In this document: piece by piece, positions 1-13,600 of the stretch
Numbering within the stretch: position 1 is the stretch's first letter
Layout: each line of letters starts with the position of its first letter
NCBI GenBank assembly: GCA_965603825.1
Contig: CBFDEM010000061.1
Coordinates: 62,001 to 126,000, forward strand
Direction of reading: 5' to 3'
Length of the DNA: 64,000 nt
Source: Blepharisma stoltei ATCC 30299
Lineage: Eukaryota > Protista > Ciliophora
The notes under the pieces: model-generated
What the model was told of the DNA's origin: nothing
The model's input: the letters and a program-made list of their open reading frames with translations, nothing else
Database searches by the model: none
Program-made: the position numbers and the translations under genes

Positions 1-3000
1 AGTAAGGCACATACAGTGGTCTACAGGCTTATAAGCATTTGTAATGCAGCTTGTACATTCACCTGAAAAAGTAGTGCACGAGTAACATTCTTTGTCCCTG
101 CAAAGTCTACAAGATAAATTACTGACACACCCTTGGCTGCAGCCTGCCAAGCAAACAGTGCAGCTATCTGGGTATTCATTTACAGCGCAATTACTTAAGC
201 ATTGATTATTTGCAGGGCAAACTGAGCATCCACCACCACAAGAAGTAGAATAATCATCAGATTGATGACTATAGGAGCTATAAATATTAACTCTTGCTAA
301 AAACCCATATAATCCTAAAGTCCCAGAGGTTTCGTCATTTCCAATATATAAAATTCCTGTATTAGTATCTTTAAAGTAAATTAGAGATGACGTTGTGGTA
401 ACAGCAAATGCCGCTGTATTGATATAGAGAGACAACTTCGTCTTGCCATCGTTTTGGACCTGCCCTGTAAAGCTTAAAAAGTTCCAACTACTTATTATGT
501 TTGTTGGAGTAGTTAAAGTGAGAGATGATGAATCAGAAAAGGTTACTGAAAGCAAAGGATATCCTGAGGAGACTATTGATATTTTTAGGATATCGCTCAA
601 AGTATATTTAGTCAATAGAACTCCAGCTGAAAGTGGCTTTGCCCACAGGGAAATAGTGAAGGATGGTGCTATTACGACAGTGGAATATAAATAATTGCTT
701 TGATAAAAATAGTAGCCTCTTTTATAAGAAGGAATAGGATCCTTTGCATCTAAATTCCAATCAGGATAAATATTTGTATTCACAGAGCCTACATTAAACC
801 CAGAAACTGTATCAAGACGTACTTGGTCAGTCAAGTCTAGACCAATCCCTAAATCTGATGACCAATCGCAAGCTTTTCCTGCAGAATTTGTACTATAGCC
901 AGATGGGCATTCAACTAAGCACTGCCCAGTTGGTGCAAAGAAATAATACCCTGAAAAGCATGCTGTGCATTTTACATAAGTTAAACCTGTACATTGAGAG
1001 CAACCAGAAGAGCATTGATCACAGGAAAGCCCATCAGCAGAAGTTGTATAGCCAGGATTACATACACAAGGAGTTCCACTAGCATTAGAAACGCATTGGG
1101 TGCATTTTCCTGAGCCAAATCCAGAACAAATAGAGCATAATAAATCATCACAAATATTGCATATAGATGACCTGACACAGCCTTTACTACAGGAATTGCA
1201 GGCTGTATAAGTAGTCCCATCATAATAATGAGATAAATCACAAGACCATAAACAAGCATAGCCAGAGCCACAAATAGCACTAATATAGCTTGAAAAATCA
1301 TTAATTGGAGAATTTCATAGCTGAAAAGCATTGATAACCCCTACAAAGCCTGAAGAGCTGCTTTTCCCGATCATTAAATTTGTGGTAGCAAGGTCTCTAA
1401 ACACATAATTTAAAATAAGTGTATTTGCAACTGAAACACCATTGAGATAAATATTGAGATTTGTGACACTAGAAGTGTATTCAAAGGTGACTGATAAATA
1501 GTTCCAATTAGTTAGAGTAGACCCTGAAGATAAACTTTTAGTAGACACTGTTTGTGTAGGGTCTTCCATTTTAGCACTTATATCTCCTGTAGAATGTAAA
1601 ACAAGTTGCTGGCTTTCTTTTTCAAGCCAATCTCCATCAGTGATTACATAAAGTCAAGCTCCTATAGAAAAACTATGTGAAAACAAAAAGTTAGCTGACG
1701 ACAATAAGTACATGCTTCCATCAAAATATAAGCCTCGCTTATATGCAGGAATCGGGTCAATTGATTCAGGAGTATTAAAAAATTGAAAAGATGATGTACT
1801 TGTTCCTGTTGCAAAAATCCCATAAGAGCCTTGAAAGTCTATATTGAAAGATTGATCTATCACAGGGGTTGAGACTGGTGAACAAGGAGATCCAAATCCA
1901 TAAGGACAACCATTTAAGCAGACGTTCCCAACCAGTTGAGAGCTTCCTGAGCAAAGAGAGCATTCAAAATAAGTTGTTTTTATACAAGTAGAGCATAAGG
2001 CATCACAGATTTCGCATGTTTGAGATGAAGCTACCCAAAAAGCATTAGTACCGCAAGTGCAGCCTCCAGTCCCATCAGCAACAGCATTTGCAATGCAAGT
2101 CAAGCATGAATTTGTCCCAGAAAACTCTGTGCAGGTGGCGCATTCTTTGGTCTTGCAGAGTCTGCAAGTGTCAGCATTTCTACACCCTTTACTGCAGCTT
2201 GCTATACAATTTGTGCAGCCAGAGCCATTATAGTATTGGGATAAAGAGCAGTTATCAGGGCAACTTAAGTCAGCTGGACACTTTGTGCAGCTACCTGAGC
2301 ATCCAACTGTCTGATAATCGTCTAAAGCATGGCCACTTTGGGTACAAATTTTAAGAGTTCATAGAAATCCTGTAAATGCTAAACTAGAATCCCCAATTTG
2401 CATAATTCCTGATTGACTGTCTAAAAGGTAAAGTGGAGTAGCTGTAGTAGAGGAGACTTGATTGGTTCCATCAATATAAGAACTTACCGTTGTTGTCCCA
2501 TCAGCATTAATTATGCAGTCAAATGAAACAAAAAATCAGTTGTTAAGCACACTTGAAGATCCGGTAACTGATATAATGGTTGATGAATCTGATAGAAGAA
2601 GTGAAATATTTGGCTGTCCTGAAGCCAAAATATATATAAGTCATTGAGTTGCCGATACAAACTTAGAAATAATCTGGCCAGATGTTGTAGCTTTTATTCA
2701 TATAGAAATTGAAAAGGAAGGAGCAAGCATAAAATTTGTTTTTATATAGCTATCAGAATTAAAATAGTATCCTCTCAAATAAGAAGGATAAGGATCATTT
2801 GGGTCATAGTTTGAATATGAATTAGCATTTGAAGCCCCAACAGTTATCCCAGAAATGGTACCTAGCAAGATACTATTAGATAAATCTAGCGAATAAGTTG
2901 CAATAGAAAGATCACAGTTTTTTGTACCTGAATTTTGTGTGTATCCTGATGGACACTCTGGTAAGCACTGAATATTAAGAAAATAATGCCCAGTTAAACA

Positions 3001-6000
3001 GGCTGTACACTGGTAGTATCCACCTCCAGTGCAGGTTTGGCAGTTTGCTGGGCATGCAACGCACGAAAATCCATCATTTGAAGTTCTAAACCCTGAGTCA
3101 CAAACACAATTTATTGGGTTTTTTGAAGCATTGGATACACAATTATTGCATTTTCCTGAGCCAAAACCTGCACAGATAGAGCATAATAGATCGTCACAGA
3201 TATTACATGTATTAGCTCTGATACATCCTGTGCTGCAGGAATTACAAGCAGAGCAAGAAGCACCGTTTTTATAGGTAGAGATCCCACATGTCGATAAACA
3301 AGAAGCTCCTAGCCCTGATCCACAAAACGTAAAGCCATTGATAATAGCTGAAAACCCTGTAATCCGAGTATTTCACAGCTGAAAATAATAAATAAACCCT
3401 ACAAACCCAGAGCTACTACTTTTTCCTAGCTGCAGATTGGTTGATGCTTGGTCCCTATATATTCTGCCAGAGATAGTAGTCGACCCTGCTGAAACTCCGT
3501 TTATATACAGAATAATAGGCGAAGCATTTGATGTATAATATAAAGTAAAAGACACATAAGCCCAGCCAGTGAATGAGGAGCTTGGGGATAAAGTTCGTGT
3601 AGATGTTGCTTGTGCAGTGTCTTCCATTAAAGCTGTTATAGCGCCTGTTGATGAAACTGTTAGCCTTGTTTGTTTTTGCAATAAATCTCCATTAGTAGCT
3701 ACATAAATCCATGCACCAATAGAAAAACTATGAGAAAGATAGACAGAAACTGAAGATAATAAATACATGTTTCCATCAAAATATAGTCCTCTTGCATAGG
3801 CAGGGACAGGATCTACAGTCTCAGGGGTATTAAAAAATTGATAAGAACTTGAGTCTGCTCCTGTAGTAAAAATCCCATAAGATCCTTGGAAATCAGTGTC
3901 GAATAATTGATCAATCACTGGTGTTGACACTGAAGAACAAGAAGTTCCATAGCCATATGGACAATCATTTAAACAAGTACTGTCTACTAATTGTTTCCCT
4001 GTATCGCAAGTAGTGCACTCAAAATAAGTAGTTTGCTTACATACAGAACAAATTGCATCACAAAAGTCACAAGTCGCTGTACTAGAATGCCAAAAAGCAT
4101 TTGTCTTGCATTGGCACCCATCAGACCCATCACTTTCTGCATTTGTAATGCAGCTTGAGCAAGATCCAGAAAAAGAAGTACATTCATAGCACTGTTTTGT
4201 CTTACAAAGTCCGCAAGTATCTGTATATCTGCATCCTTTTGTGCAAGATCCCATACAATTAGCGCAAGAAGAGCCGTCATAATATTGCAATAACGGACAA
4301 GAGTTAGGACAATTATGATCGCTAGGACAGCTTGTGCAAGGAGAAGTGCAGCTTGATGTTGTATAGTCGCTGTACTGTAAGTTTTCGACGTTATAAATAT
4401 TTAAGTCATATAAAAATCCAGTAAATCCACTGCTTAAGGTAGATTTTGTCCCAGTATAAAGAGTGCCTGAACTGCGATCCTGAAAATAAGCAGCATTTGA
4501 CGAGGAGCCTGAATCTGTTGCAAGAGAATTAAAATATGAGTTTATTGTTGTTATGTAACTTGTGTCGATTTTTCCTGTAAATGCGATAAAGTTTCAACTA
4601 TTCAGTGCAGAATGGGATAAAGTTACTGAAAAGGATGATGAGTCGCTCAAAGTGATGGAGAGCTTTGGGTATCCAGACCCATTTAAAATTTCTAAGCAAA
4701 ATATTTCAATCCCAGAAATTGTTTTCGAGACAATAGTTCCAGCCCCAGTTGGATATACTCATATTGAAACAGTAAAATAAGGCCCAATCACGGTATTAGT
4801 CGACAGATAGTAACTACCACTGAAATAGTAGCCTCTTAGATATGATGGATATGGATCATTTGAATCATAACTAGGATATGTATTTGAATTAGAAGATCCT
4901 ACTTGGACTCCCGCAATAGAATTAAGCATAATTTTATCATAAAAAACTATGCTCAGCCCAGTATTCGACAAAAAATCACAGCTTTTTGTGCCTGTATTTT
5001 CTGTATACCCAGTAGGGCAATTTGAAAGACATTGTATGCTGCCATATAAAAAATAGCTAGAGCCACAGGATGCACACAAATAATAAGCTGAGCCAGTGCA
5101 AGAAGCACATCCAGTATAGCAAGCAGAGCATAAAGCTTGATTTATCGGCTGATAAAACCCAGAATTGCAGGAGCATGGAGTCCCAGAGGCATTATCGATA
5201 CATAACGTGCAGGCACCTGATAAAAATGATGAGCATTGTTTGCATAAAAAGTCGTCACAGATATAGCAGGATGTCCCTCGGGTACAGCCCATTGTGCATG
5301 TACCTATACATGGCTGGCACATACTTCCATCATAATAATGAGAGTAGTCGCAGGACCATAAAGTTGCCACTATGCCTCCAGAAAAGCCAAAAAGATTATA
5401 AGGAGTAGAAAAGTCAGTGGTAGTGGTTCCTCACAGCTGGAAATAGCTGATAAAGCCATTGAAATTTGGAGACCCTTTACCTATATATAAAGTCTCACCA
5501 CTTGCTAACCGAAATACATAATTTAAAGCTGTTACTGCTGTCCCAGCTACTGTATTATAATATGGAGTTAACGTTGTAGTCTTACTTGCAAACCCTACTG
5601 AATAAGAAACATAGCTTCATGCATTCAAAGTTATAGTCTGTGATGTCGAATAGCTTGCATAAGTCCCATCCCATTTTTGTAAGTCAAAATTAATAGTCCC
5701 ACTCGAACTTATAGTAAGCTTATTAGTGGTATGGCTAATAATAGTCCCTGAAGTAGCAAAAATCCACATCCCTATACTCCAAGTATTGGACAAATTCTGA
5801 GTCACTGTCAAATATTGATTGGAATTAAAGTAAAGTCCTCTTTTTTTTGCTGGCAATGGATCAGACCCTTCAGGAGAATTCCAATAATTATAGCTGCTTG
5901 AGCTTGTCCCTGTAATATAAACTGAAGTATAAATCCCTGCAAAAGTCCCTGTGAAATCTCCAGTTGTCGTACCAAAACAAGAATTTCCTCCACAGTTCCA

Positions 6001-7158
6001 CCAGCCAACTGGATACCCATACAAGCAAACTCCTGCATTATTAGGGACTCCAGTGTTGCAGGCTGTATTTGTCCAGGTCTGTGTACAAGTTGTCCCTAAA
6101 ATATCACAACACCCAGGAACTATCCCTGTAAAGCATGCGGTACACATAGAAAGCGAATACCCATAGCAAGCACTGCAGTCTGAAGTATAACAAATCCTGC
6201 AGTCTGTGCTTCTAATGCACCAAGGCCAGGTAGGACAGCTTGTATCACAATTCTGACAGGCAGCTCCATCTCAAAACTGATTATCAATACAGTTAATTTT
6301 GTTCGGCATATCCACATAATTTGTATTAGTGTCAGCTCTAGCTTGTAGCCAATAAATAAACCCTCTAAATGAGTTTCCTCCACTAGTATTCCCAATCGTT
6401 CACGTATAAGTTCCAGTAGGGAAGCTTACTTCTGCAGAAGATAAAGGTGTTGTCCCAACCGATGACCCGTCAATGTAAAAAATAATGCTTGCTGAATTAC
6501 AAGAAGTTTGCTCGAGAAGCATCGAAGCTGAATGCCAAGATGACGAATAAGAAGAGCCAGAACCAGTAACTGTATTGGCATTTCCACTGGAATCATAAAT
6601 TTTTGCAGTAAATTTATAAACTCCAGAGGAATCAGCCCATATTCGGAGATATTGGGTTGAGCTTGAAATGACATTTAAAATTTCCCCACTGGCAAGTGGC
6701 TTAATTCATAGGGTTAATATAAAATAAACTGCTGGGGTGTAGCTCTGGTTACTAGTGATTCCTGAAGTTGTTGCAAAATAAAACCCACGATCATATGTCG
6801 GAAGTGGTGAATTTTGGGTCGGAGAATTATAAGAAATAGACCCTGGGTTGTTCCACTTATCGGCAGAGTTACTAGTGCTTGCAATATAAGTTGCTGATAA
6901 GTCTTTGATATTGGAAAATTCCAATGTAAATAAAATAGCGCCTGCGTCAGTGGGCTTGCCACACATTTTGCTGCAAGCAAAGGGGCAATATAGCTGATAA
7001 TAACTAAAAAGAGATGGGCATGCATTTGCACAAACCTTATTGTCAACATAATATTTAGAGCTTAGACAGGCAGTAGCTCCTAAGACGGTTATGCTGTTGT
7101 TTGGGCATACAGAATAGACAAGCACAATTTGACTGATAAAAATTAAGGCTTTGTTCAT
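1..7158 (-). CDS. Giant LamG/furin-repeat surface protein, paralog A (3' end outside window; >2,380 aa; 7 LamG-like modules visible)
   Basis: ORF fragments 6706-7158, 5617-6147, 4759-5370, 3373-4290, 1654-2103 and 1315-1569 are all in one frame and are separated by TGA at Trp positions (e.g. LTL-W-IKP, FQL-W-N). Starts with a signal peptide-like MNKALIFISQIVLVYSVC. Repeated DP(Y/I)PxYxRGxYF ... WIKP ... YING ... GFxGF motifs alternate with CxxC/CPxGY Cys-rich linkers. Confidence 0.88.
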
Positions 7159-7694
7159 TTTAATAAAGTAGTTGAAAAATTGTTTTAAGGTAATAAAGCA
7201 TTTTAAGGTAAAAGCATAACTGATTTTATTTAATAGAATAAAGGCATTTAATTGTTGTCATTTCTACTATAATTAAAGCTCTTTAGTTCTTTTTTATAGC
7301 TCTAATTGAAATTAAAGGAAAATTAGCATTTTGACAATATAATTTTTTATTTGAGATTAATGCTAAATAATTAATCAATTTTAAATTAATATAATTGATT
7401 AATCTGATATTGAAAGGAGAATAATTGGAACTAAGATAAATTTCAAAGACTCTTATAAAAATCATACAGATTTAATTTTAAATAAATAAGAGTATAAAAT
7501 TAATTTTGATTTTGTTTTTTAAGATTCTTATTTATCAATAAGTTTCAAATAGCTTAATACATAAACTTGCCAGACAAGATGCTGCCATTTTAAACTCCAG
7601 TTAAACTTTGATGCTATTATCGGATTCGTTTTGAAATGCCAATAAGATTTAAATTCTTAAAAAGTTCAAATATATGAATAAAAATAATAAATTA

Positions 7695-10600
7695 TTATAT
7701 TAACTTTTTTCTTTTATAATTTTCCTCTAAAATTTGTTGTTGATTTTTTATAATTCCTGCTTCTGTTAGTTTATATTTGATGATTTCATATAATGTCCTT
7801 GCAAAAATGGCTATTGAAGCTAAAATTTGAATCCCCATAGCTGCGATCACAATTGCTACAATTCCATCCTCAATAATTGACATAATTTTGGGATCCATAT
7901 TAAATAAATAAACTGTAGTTGCACTCATAATTATAAAAATGCCTCCTTCCGTTAATAAATTGCTTATTTGTAAAATAGAGTCCTTAAATGGCCAAAAGAA
8001 AATTAAATGTAGAATAGTTATCACTGAAAGAATGATATTAATGGTCACTTCTGTTTGTGGATAGTCTCTTAAAAAAACTAAATTTATGATATAGATGAGT
8101 CTCCTTGCAAAGAATACAAAATAATACTGTGTTGCAAGTGGCCCACGATCAGTTCGAAATTCATAAAAAAACGAGCTAAATAGCTTAGTAAAGGTCTTTT
8201 CTTGTGATTGGATCCTATTTTTATTTTTATAAGAAAACCAGAAATATACTGGTGGAGTAATAGCATGGAAACTATAAATAGCTGAACACATAATAAAATT
8301 CGCTACTTGAGTGTTATTATTAAATCCAAAAGTAATAAGTCCAATACTTGAAGCTGCTCCCAGTTCTAGATAGCATTGTATTCAAAATCTTATATAAAAG
8401 GCAAAATGATAAGCCTTGACGCTTTTCATAAATTTCTTACCAATTCATCTGAATGAGCATCGAGAAAAGAAAAGCACAATTGGGAAAACTAATAGAGAAA
8501 CCAAAATCAGTGTAAAATCATTACCTGCAGTAATTAATATCAGATCAGTGTCAAACCCAAAATCTTTTGCTTTAGAATAAGGAGTTTTTCCTTCATCTTC
8601 ATCTATAATATATGTAAAAGCATTTGGAAATAAGTTAAAGGAGTTCAAGCTATTCAAAAAAGCGCTCATTTTGCTGGATAAAGGAATCCCAGACAAAGTC
8701 AAGTAGCTGAGAATCTGTAAACTGTTCATCATACTCCATAAAGAACTTGGATTAGAATTTATAACAGATAAAACAGCAGCTACAGCAATGCCTGTTTGAG
8801 CAACAACAGCAGCTTGAGATGATACTGCTGCAATAGCTGGAGAATTTGGCGCAGGGTCATAAGAATTTAAGAACACCGAAATTTCTGAAGAATTTAAGAC
8901 ACCATTTGATACTGATCTCACTTCAGTCAAATTTGTAAACTTAAGCATAGCTAATGTGCCTTTTGATATTTCTTCTGAAATTTTTAAAGTAATGTAATAG
9001 CATGCACTGTTTACCTGCTCAAATTTATATGATATTTTTCCTAGTTTTTTAATTTTTATAGTAAAATCATCTATAGTAAGATTCTTAGCAAGACTGTCTG
9101 AAAAAATGAGATAGAGAGAATTATCTGATAAGACTGAGAGTTTTGCTGAAAAAGGAACTAATATGCAATTTGCAGTTCCGTTATAGCCTAAACTACAATA
9201 GCATAAGCTATTAATTAGATTCGCATTTTCCACACAGGCAGTGCATTCTGTAAGAGACTGACAATAAGTGCAGTATTTCGGGCATGAATAAAATTTGCCA
9301 TCAGAGCCTCTAAACCCACCAGCCTCAAGAAGAATGCAAGTGCTGTTGCTAGAAGTGTCCAGAACATAATTGAGATCACAAATGCATGAGTCAGGGTTTA
9401 TTGCATACTCTTTACAAGCTGAGCACCCAGAATCAGAATAATCAGTGCAGATGTCGCATAATAAATTACTACAAAGAGAGCATGTTGATCGCCAGTCTCT
9501 ACAGGATTTCTTGCATTTAATATTACAATTATAGCATTTATTATAGGCAGGCCCACTTCAATATAGATTTATTTTGCAGTTAGGAATGCATTTTTGGCTT
9601 ATTGGGCAGACATTGCACGGTTCGGTGCAAGATGTTGTCGCTAGAGCTGATATTGATTTTACTGTATTAAATATCTGAATTGTATAAATAAAGCCTTGAT
9701 AAAAATTATAAACTGATGATGAACTTATTTGAGCTCCTATAGTCATTGTAGTAAAAAAACTAACATCAAGAAAGCTTCCATATCCTGTCATTACTGATGA
9801 GTCAGAAGCCCCATTTATATAGCAGGATAACTTATTGTAGCCATTTTGAGCAGTTTCTAATGTAAATACAACATGGCTCCATTCATAATGATTAAGCGAT
9901 GCTTGGCACATATAAAAGAATGGAGACGAGTTTATTAAAAGAGAAATCGTTGGCTTGTCACTAGTTAAAGTGATAGAGTAAAGAGCTGAATAATTATCAG
10001 AAACATTATGTTTTGATAATAGAGAAGAAAATGACGCTTTAATGTTTAGCCATATAGAAATAGTAAAGTTTTTGCCCATTACGAGTTTTGGAGATGTATA
10101 ATTTAAATAGTCAGGTAGCCTTAAAACTGAGGACTGACCATTAAACCAGAAGCCTCTCAAATATGCAGGGATAGGATCATCATCTTCATAGTCTGGATAA
10201 AATTGGCTAGTTGATCCAGTAATAACAGGTATTTCGCTTGCACTATCATAAATGACTCCATTGAGAGTATTCAAATCTAAATCAAAAATTTTTTCTTGAA
10301 CCAAAATACATCCACTTACCGTTCTGGAATACCCTGATGGGCAGTTACTTACACAAATTCCTGAAACCATATAGTAATCATCAGCACATGTCAAACAGTC
10401 CAAATAGCTAGCAGATGTACATGATTTGCAAGAATTATCACATTTTACACAAATATTTGTCCCAGGACTTGCAAAATACTCTGATGGGCATGCACTTAAG
10501 CATTCACCAGTGGCTGCATAGAAATTATATCCTGAAAAACATGCTAAACAATCATAAGAAGCTAAGCTTGTACATTGAGAACAGCCAATATAGCATGCCT

Positions 10601-13600
10601 CACATGAAAATCCATCAGAAGAAGTCTTGTATCCAGCATTACAGATACATTGGCCTGGAGCTCCACTAGCATTAGTAACACATTGAGTGCATTTACTTGA
10701 CCCAAAGCCACTGCAGACAGAGCATAATAAATCATCACAGATATTGCATGTAGATGCCCTGACACATCCTTTACTGCAGGAATTGCAGGCTGTATAAGAA
10801 GCCCCACCATAATAATGAGACAAGTCACAAGACCATAAACAAGTATATCCTTGTCCTGTGCCACAAGCGCTATTAATAGAGCTTGAAAAATCACTAATAG
10901 GTGTATTTCATAGCCGAAAAGAATTAATAAACCCCACAAAGCCAGAAGAGCTGCTCTTGCCTATCATTAAACTTGTTGTAGATAGGTCTCTAAATATATA
11001 ATTTGAAATAGGTGAGCTTAAAATTGAAGCGCCGTTTAAATAAATCCTAATATTTGTTAAGTCAGATGTATATTCAAAGGTGAATGATAAATAGTTTCAA
11101 TTATTAAGTGTCGTACCTGATGATAAAGTTTGAACAGATGTTGTTTGGGTAGGATTTTCCATTTTGGCTCTTATATCTCCTGTAGAGTAGAGAACAAGAT
11201 ATTGATTTTGCTTTTCCAGCCAGTCTCCATTAGTTATTACATAAATCCAAGCTCCAATAGAGAAACTATGTGAAAGCAGAATATTTGTATTTGATAGTAA
11301 GTACATCGTCCCATCAAAATATAAGCCTCGTTTATATGCAGGAATCGGGTCAATTGATTCTGGGTTATTAAAAAATTGAAAAGATGTTGAGCTTGCTCCT
11401 GCTGTAAAAACTCCATACGAACCATAGAAATCTATATCAAAAGACTGATTTATTACAGGGGTTGATACTGATGAGCAAGGATTGCTATACCCATAAGGGC
11501 AGCCATTAAGGCAAACAGTACCAACTAATTGGTAGCTTCCTAAGCAAGTAGAGCATTCAAAATAAGTTGCACTTATACAAGTAGAGCATAAGGCATCACA
11601 GATTTCACATGTTTGAGATGAAGCTACCCAAAAAGCATTAGTATCACAAGTGCAGCCTCCAGTCCCATCAGCAACTGCATTTGTAATGCAAGTCAAGCAT
11701 GAATTCGTCCCAGAAAACTCTGTGCAGGTGGCGCATTCTTTGGTCTTGCAGAGTCTACAAGTTTCAGAGTTTCTGCACCCTTTATTGCAGCTTGCTATAC
11801 AATCTGTGCAGCCAGAGCCATCATAGTACTGAGATAAAGGGCAGTTATCTGGACAGCTTAAATCAGCTGGGCACTTTGTGCAGCTACCTGAGCATCCAAC
11901 TGTCTGATAATCGTCTAAAGCATGACCATTTTGACTATAAACTTTTATATTTCATAAAAATCCTGTAAATGCCGCGCTAGCATCCCCAACTTGAAAAATT
12001 CCTGATTGACTGTCTACATAGTAAAGCGGAGTAGGTGTTGAAGCAGAAACCTGATTTGCCCCATCAATATAAGAGGTTATCGTTGTTGTCCCATCAGCAT
12101 TAATTATGCAGTCAAATGACATAAAAGTTCAGTTGTTAAGTACACTTGAAGATCCTATAACGACAAGAAATAATAATGGGTCTGATAGACGAAGGTAAAG
12201 ACTTGGCTGGCCTGAAGCAGAAATTTGAATAATTCATTTGGACCCTGATATATACTTAAGCATGACAATACCACCTGATGTAGGTTTTAAGCACAAGGAA
12301 ATTGAAAATGAAGGGGCAAGCATAAAGCTTGTATGCATATGGGTCTTGATAGTGAAATAGTAGCCTCTCAAATAAGAAGGATAAGGATCATTGGCATCAT
12401 AAATTGGATATGAGTTTGTACTTGATGCTCCAATACTATTTCCAGAAAAGGTGCCTAGCAGTATCTCATTAGAAAATGACATTGAATAAGTTAAAGATAC
12501 AAAGTCACATGTATGCGTCACTGAATTTTGGGTGTATCCTCATGGGCATTCAGATAAACATTGAATATTTAGAAAGTAATAGCCATTTTTGCAGCTTGTG
12601 CATTGATAATATCCAGGTCCTGTACAAACTTGACATCCTGTTGAGCACTGAACACATGAAAACCCATCAGTAGAAGCCACAAATCCAGTATTGCAAGCAC
12701 ACAGCCCTGGAGCTCCACTCGCATTTGCAACGCATTGAGTGCATTTGCCTGAGTCAAATCCTGTGCAAACAGAGCATAATAAATCATAACAAATATTGCA
12801 GGTATTTGCCCTGACACATCCCAAGCTGCATGAATTGCAGGATATATAGTTTGCCCCATCATAGAAATGGGATAGATCACAGGACCATAAGCAAGCAGAT
12901 CCTGAACCGCACACTGCATTGATAAAGCTTGAAAAATCACTGATTGGGGTATTTCACATCTGAAAGCTCCTAATGAATCCTACAAAACCAGATGTGGTGC
13001 TCTTCCCAATTATTAAAGAACTTGTAGAAGTATCTCTAAAAAGCCTATTTGAAATGAGCAGGGATGAGACAGGAGACCCATTTATATAGATTGTTAAAGT
13101 AGAGCTCCCAAGATAATAGATTGAAGTAACTGATAAATATTTCCAGGTATTGAGTGGACTGGCTAAGGACAGGGTTACGGGCAACAATCCCCTCGCAGAA
13201 TTTTCCAATCTGATGGAAAAACTCCCTGTTGATGCATAATTGAGCCGGTCAGGTATTTTTTGTAGCCAGTCACCATTATTTATGACATAAATTCAAGTTC
13301 CAAAAGAAAAACTATGAGACAGCTGAGGAGTAAATGACGGTGCCAAGTACATATTTCCATCAAAAAATAAACCTCGCTTATACGCAGGAACAGGATCAGC
13401 TGTCTCAGGAGTGTTAAAAAACTGAAAAAGTGCTGGATCTGTCCCTGTCGTAAAAATTCCATATGCACCTTGGAAATTTCCATCAAAAGAAATATCAATA
13501 ACAGGAGTAGACACTGGTGAGCAAGGAGAAGTCCCAAACCCATAAGGGCAGCCATCAAAGCATACAGTCCCAATCAAATTGTAGCTCCCTGAGCACGCAG

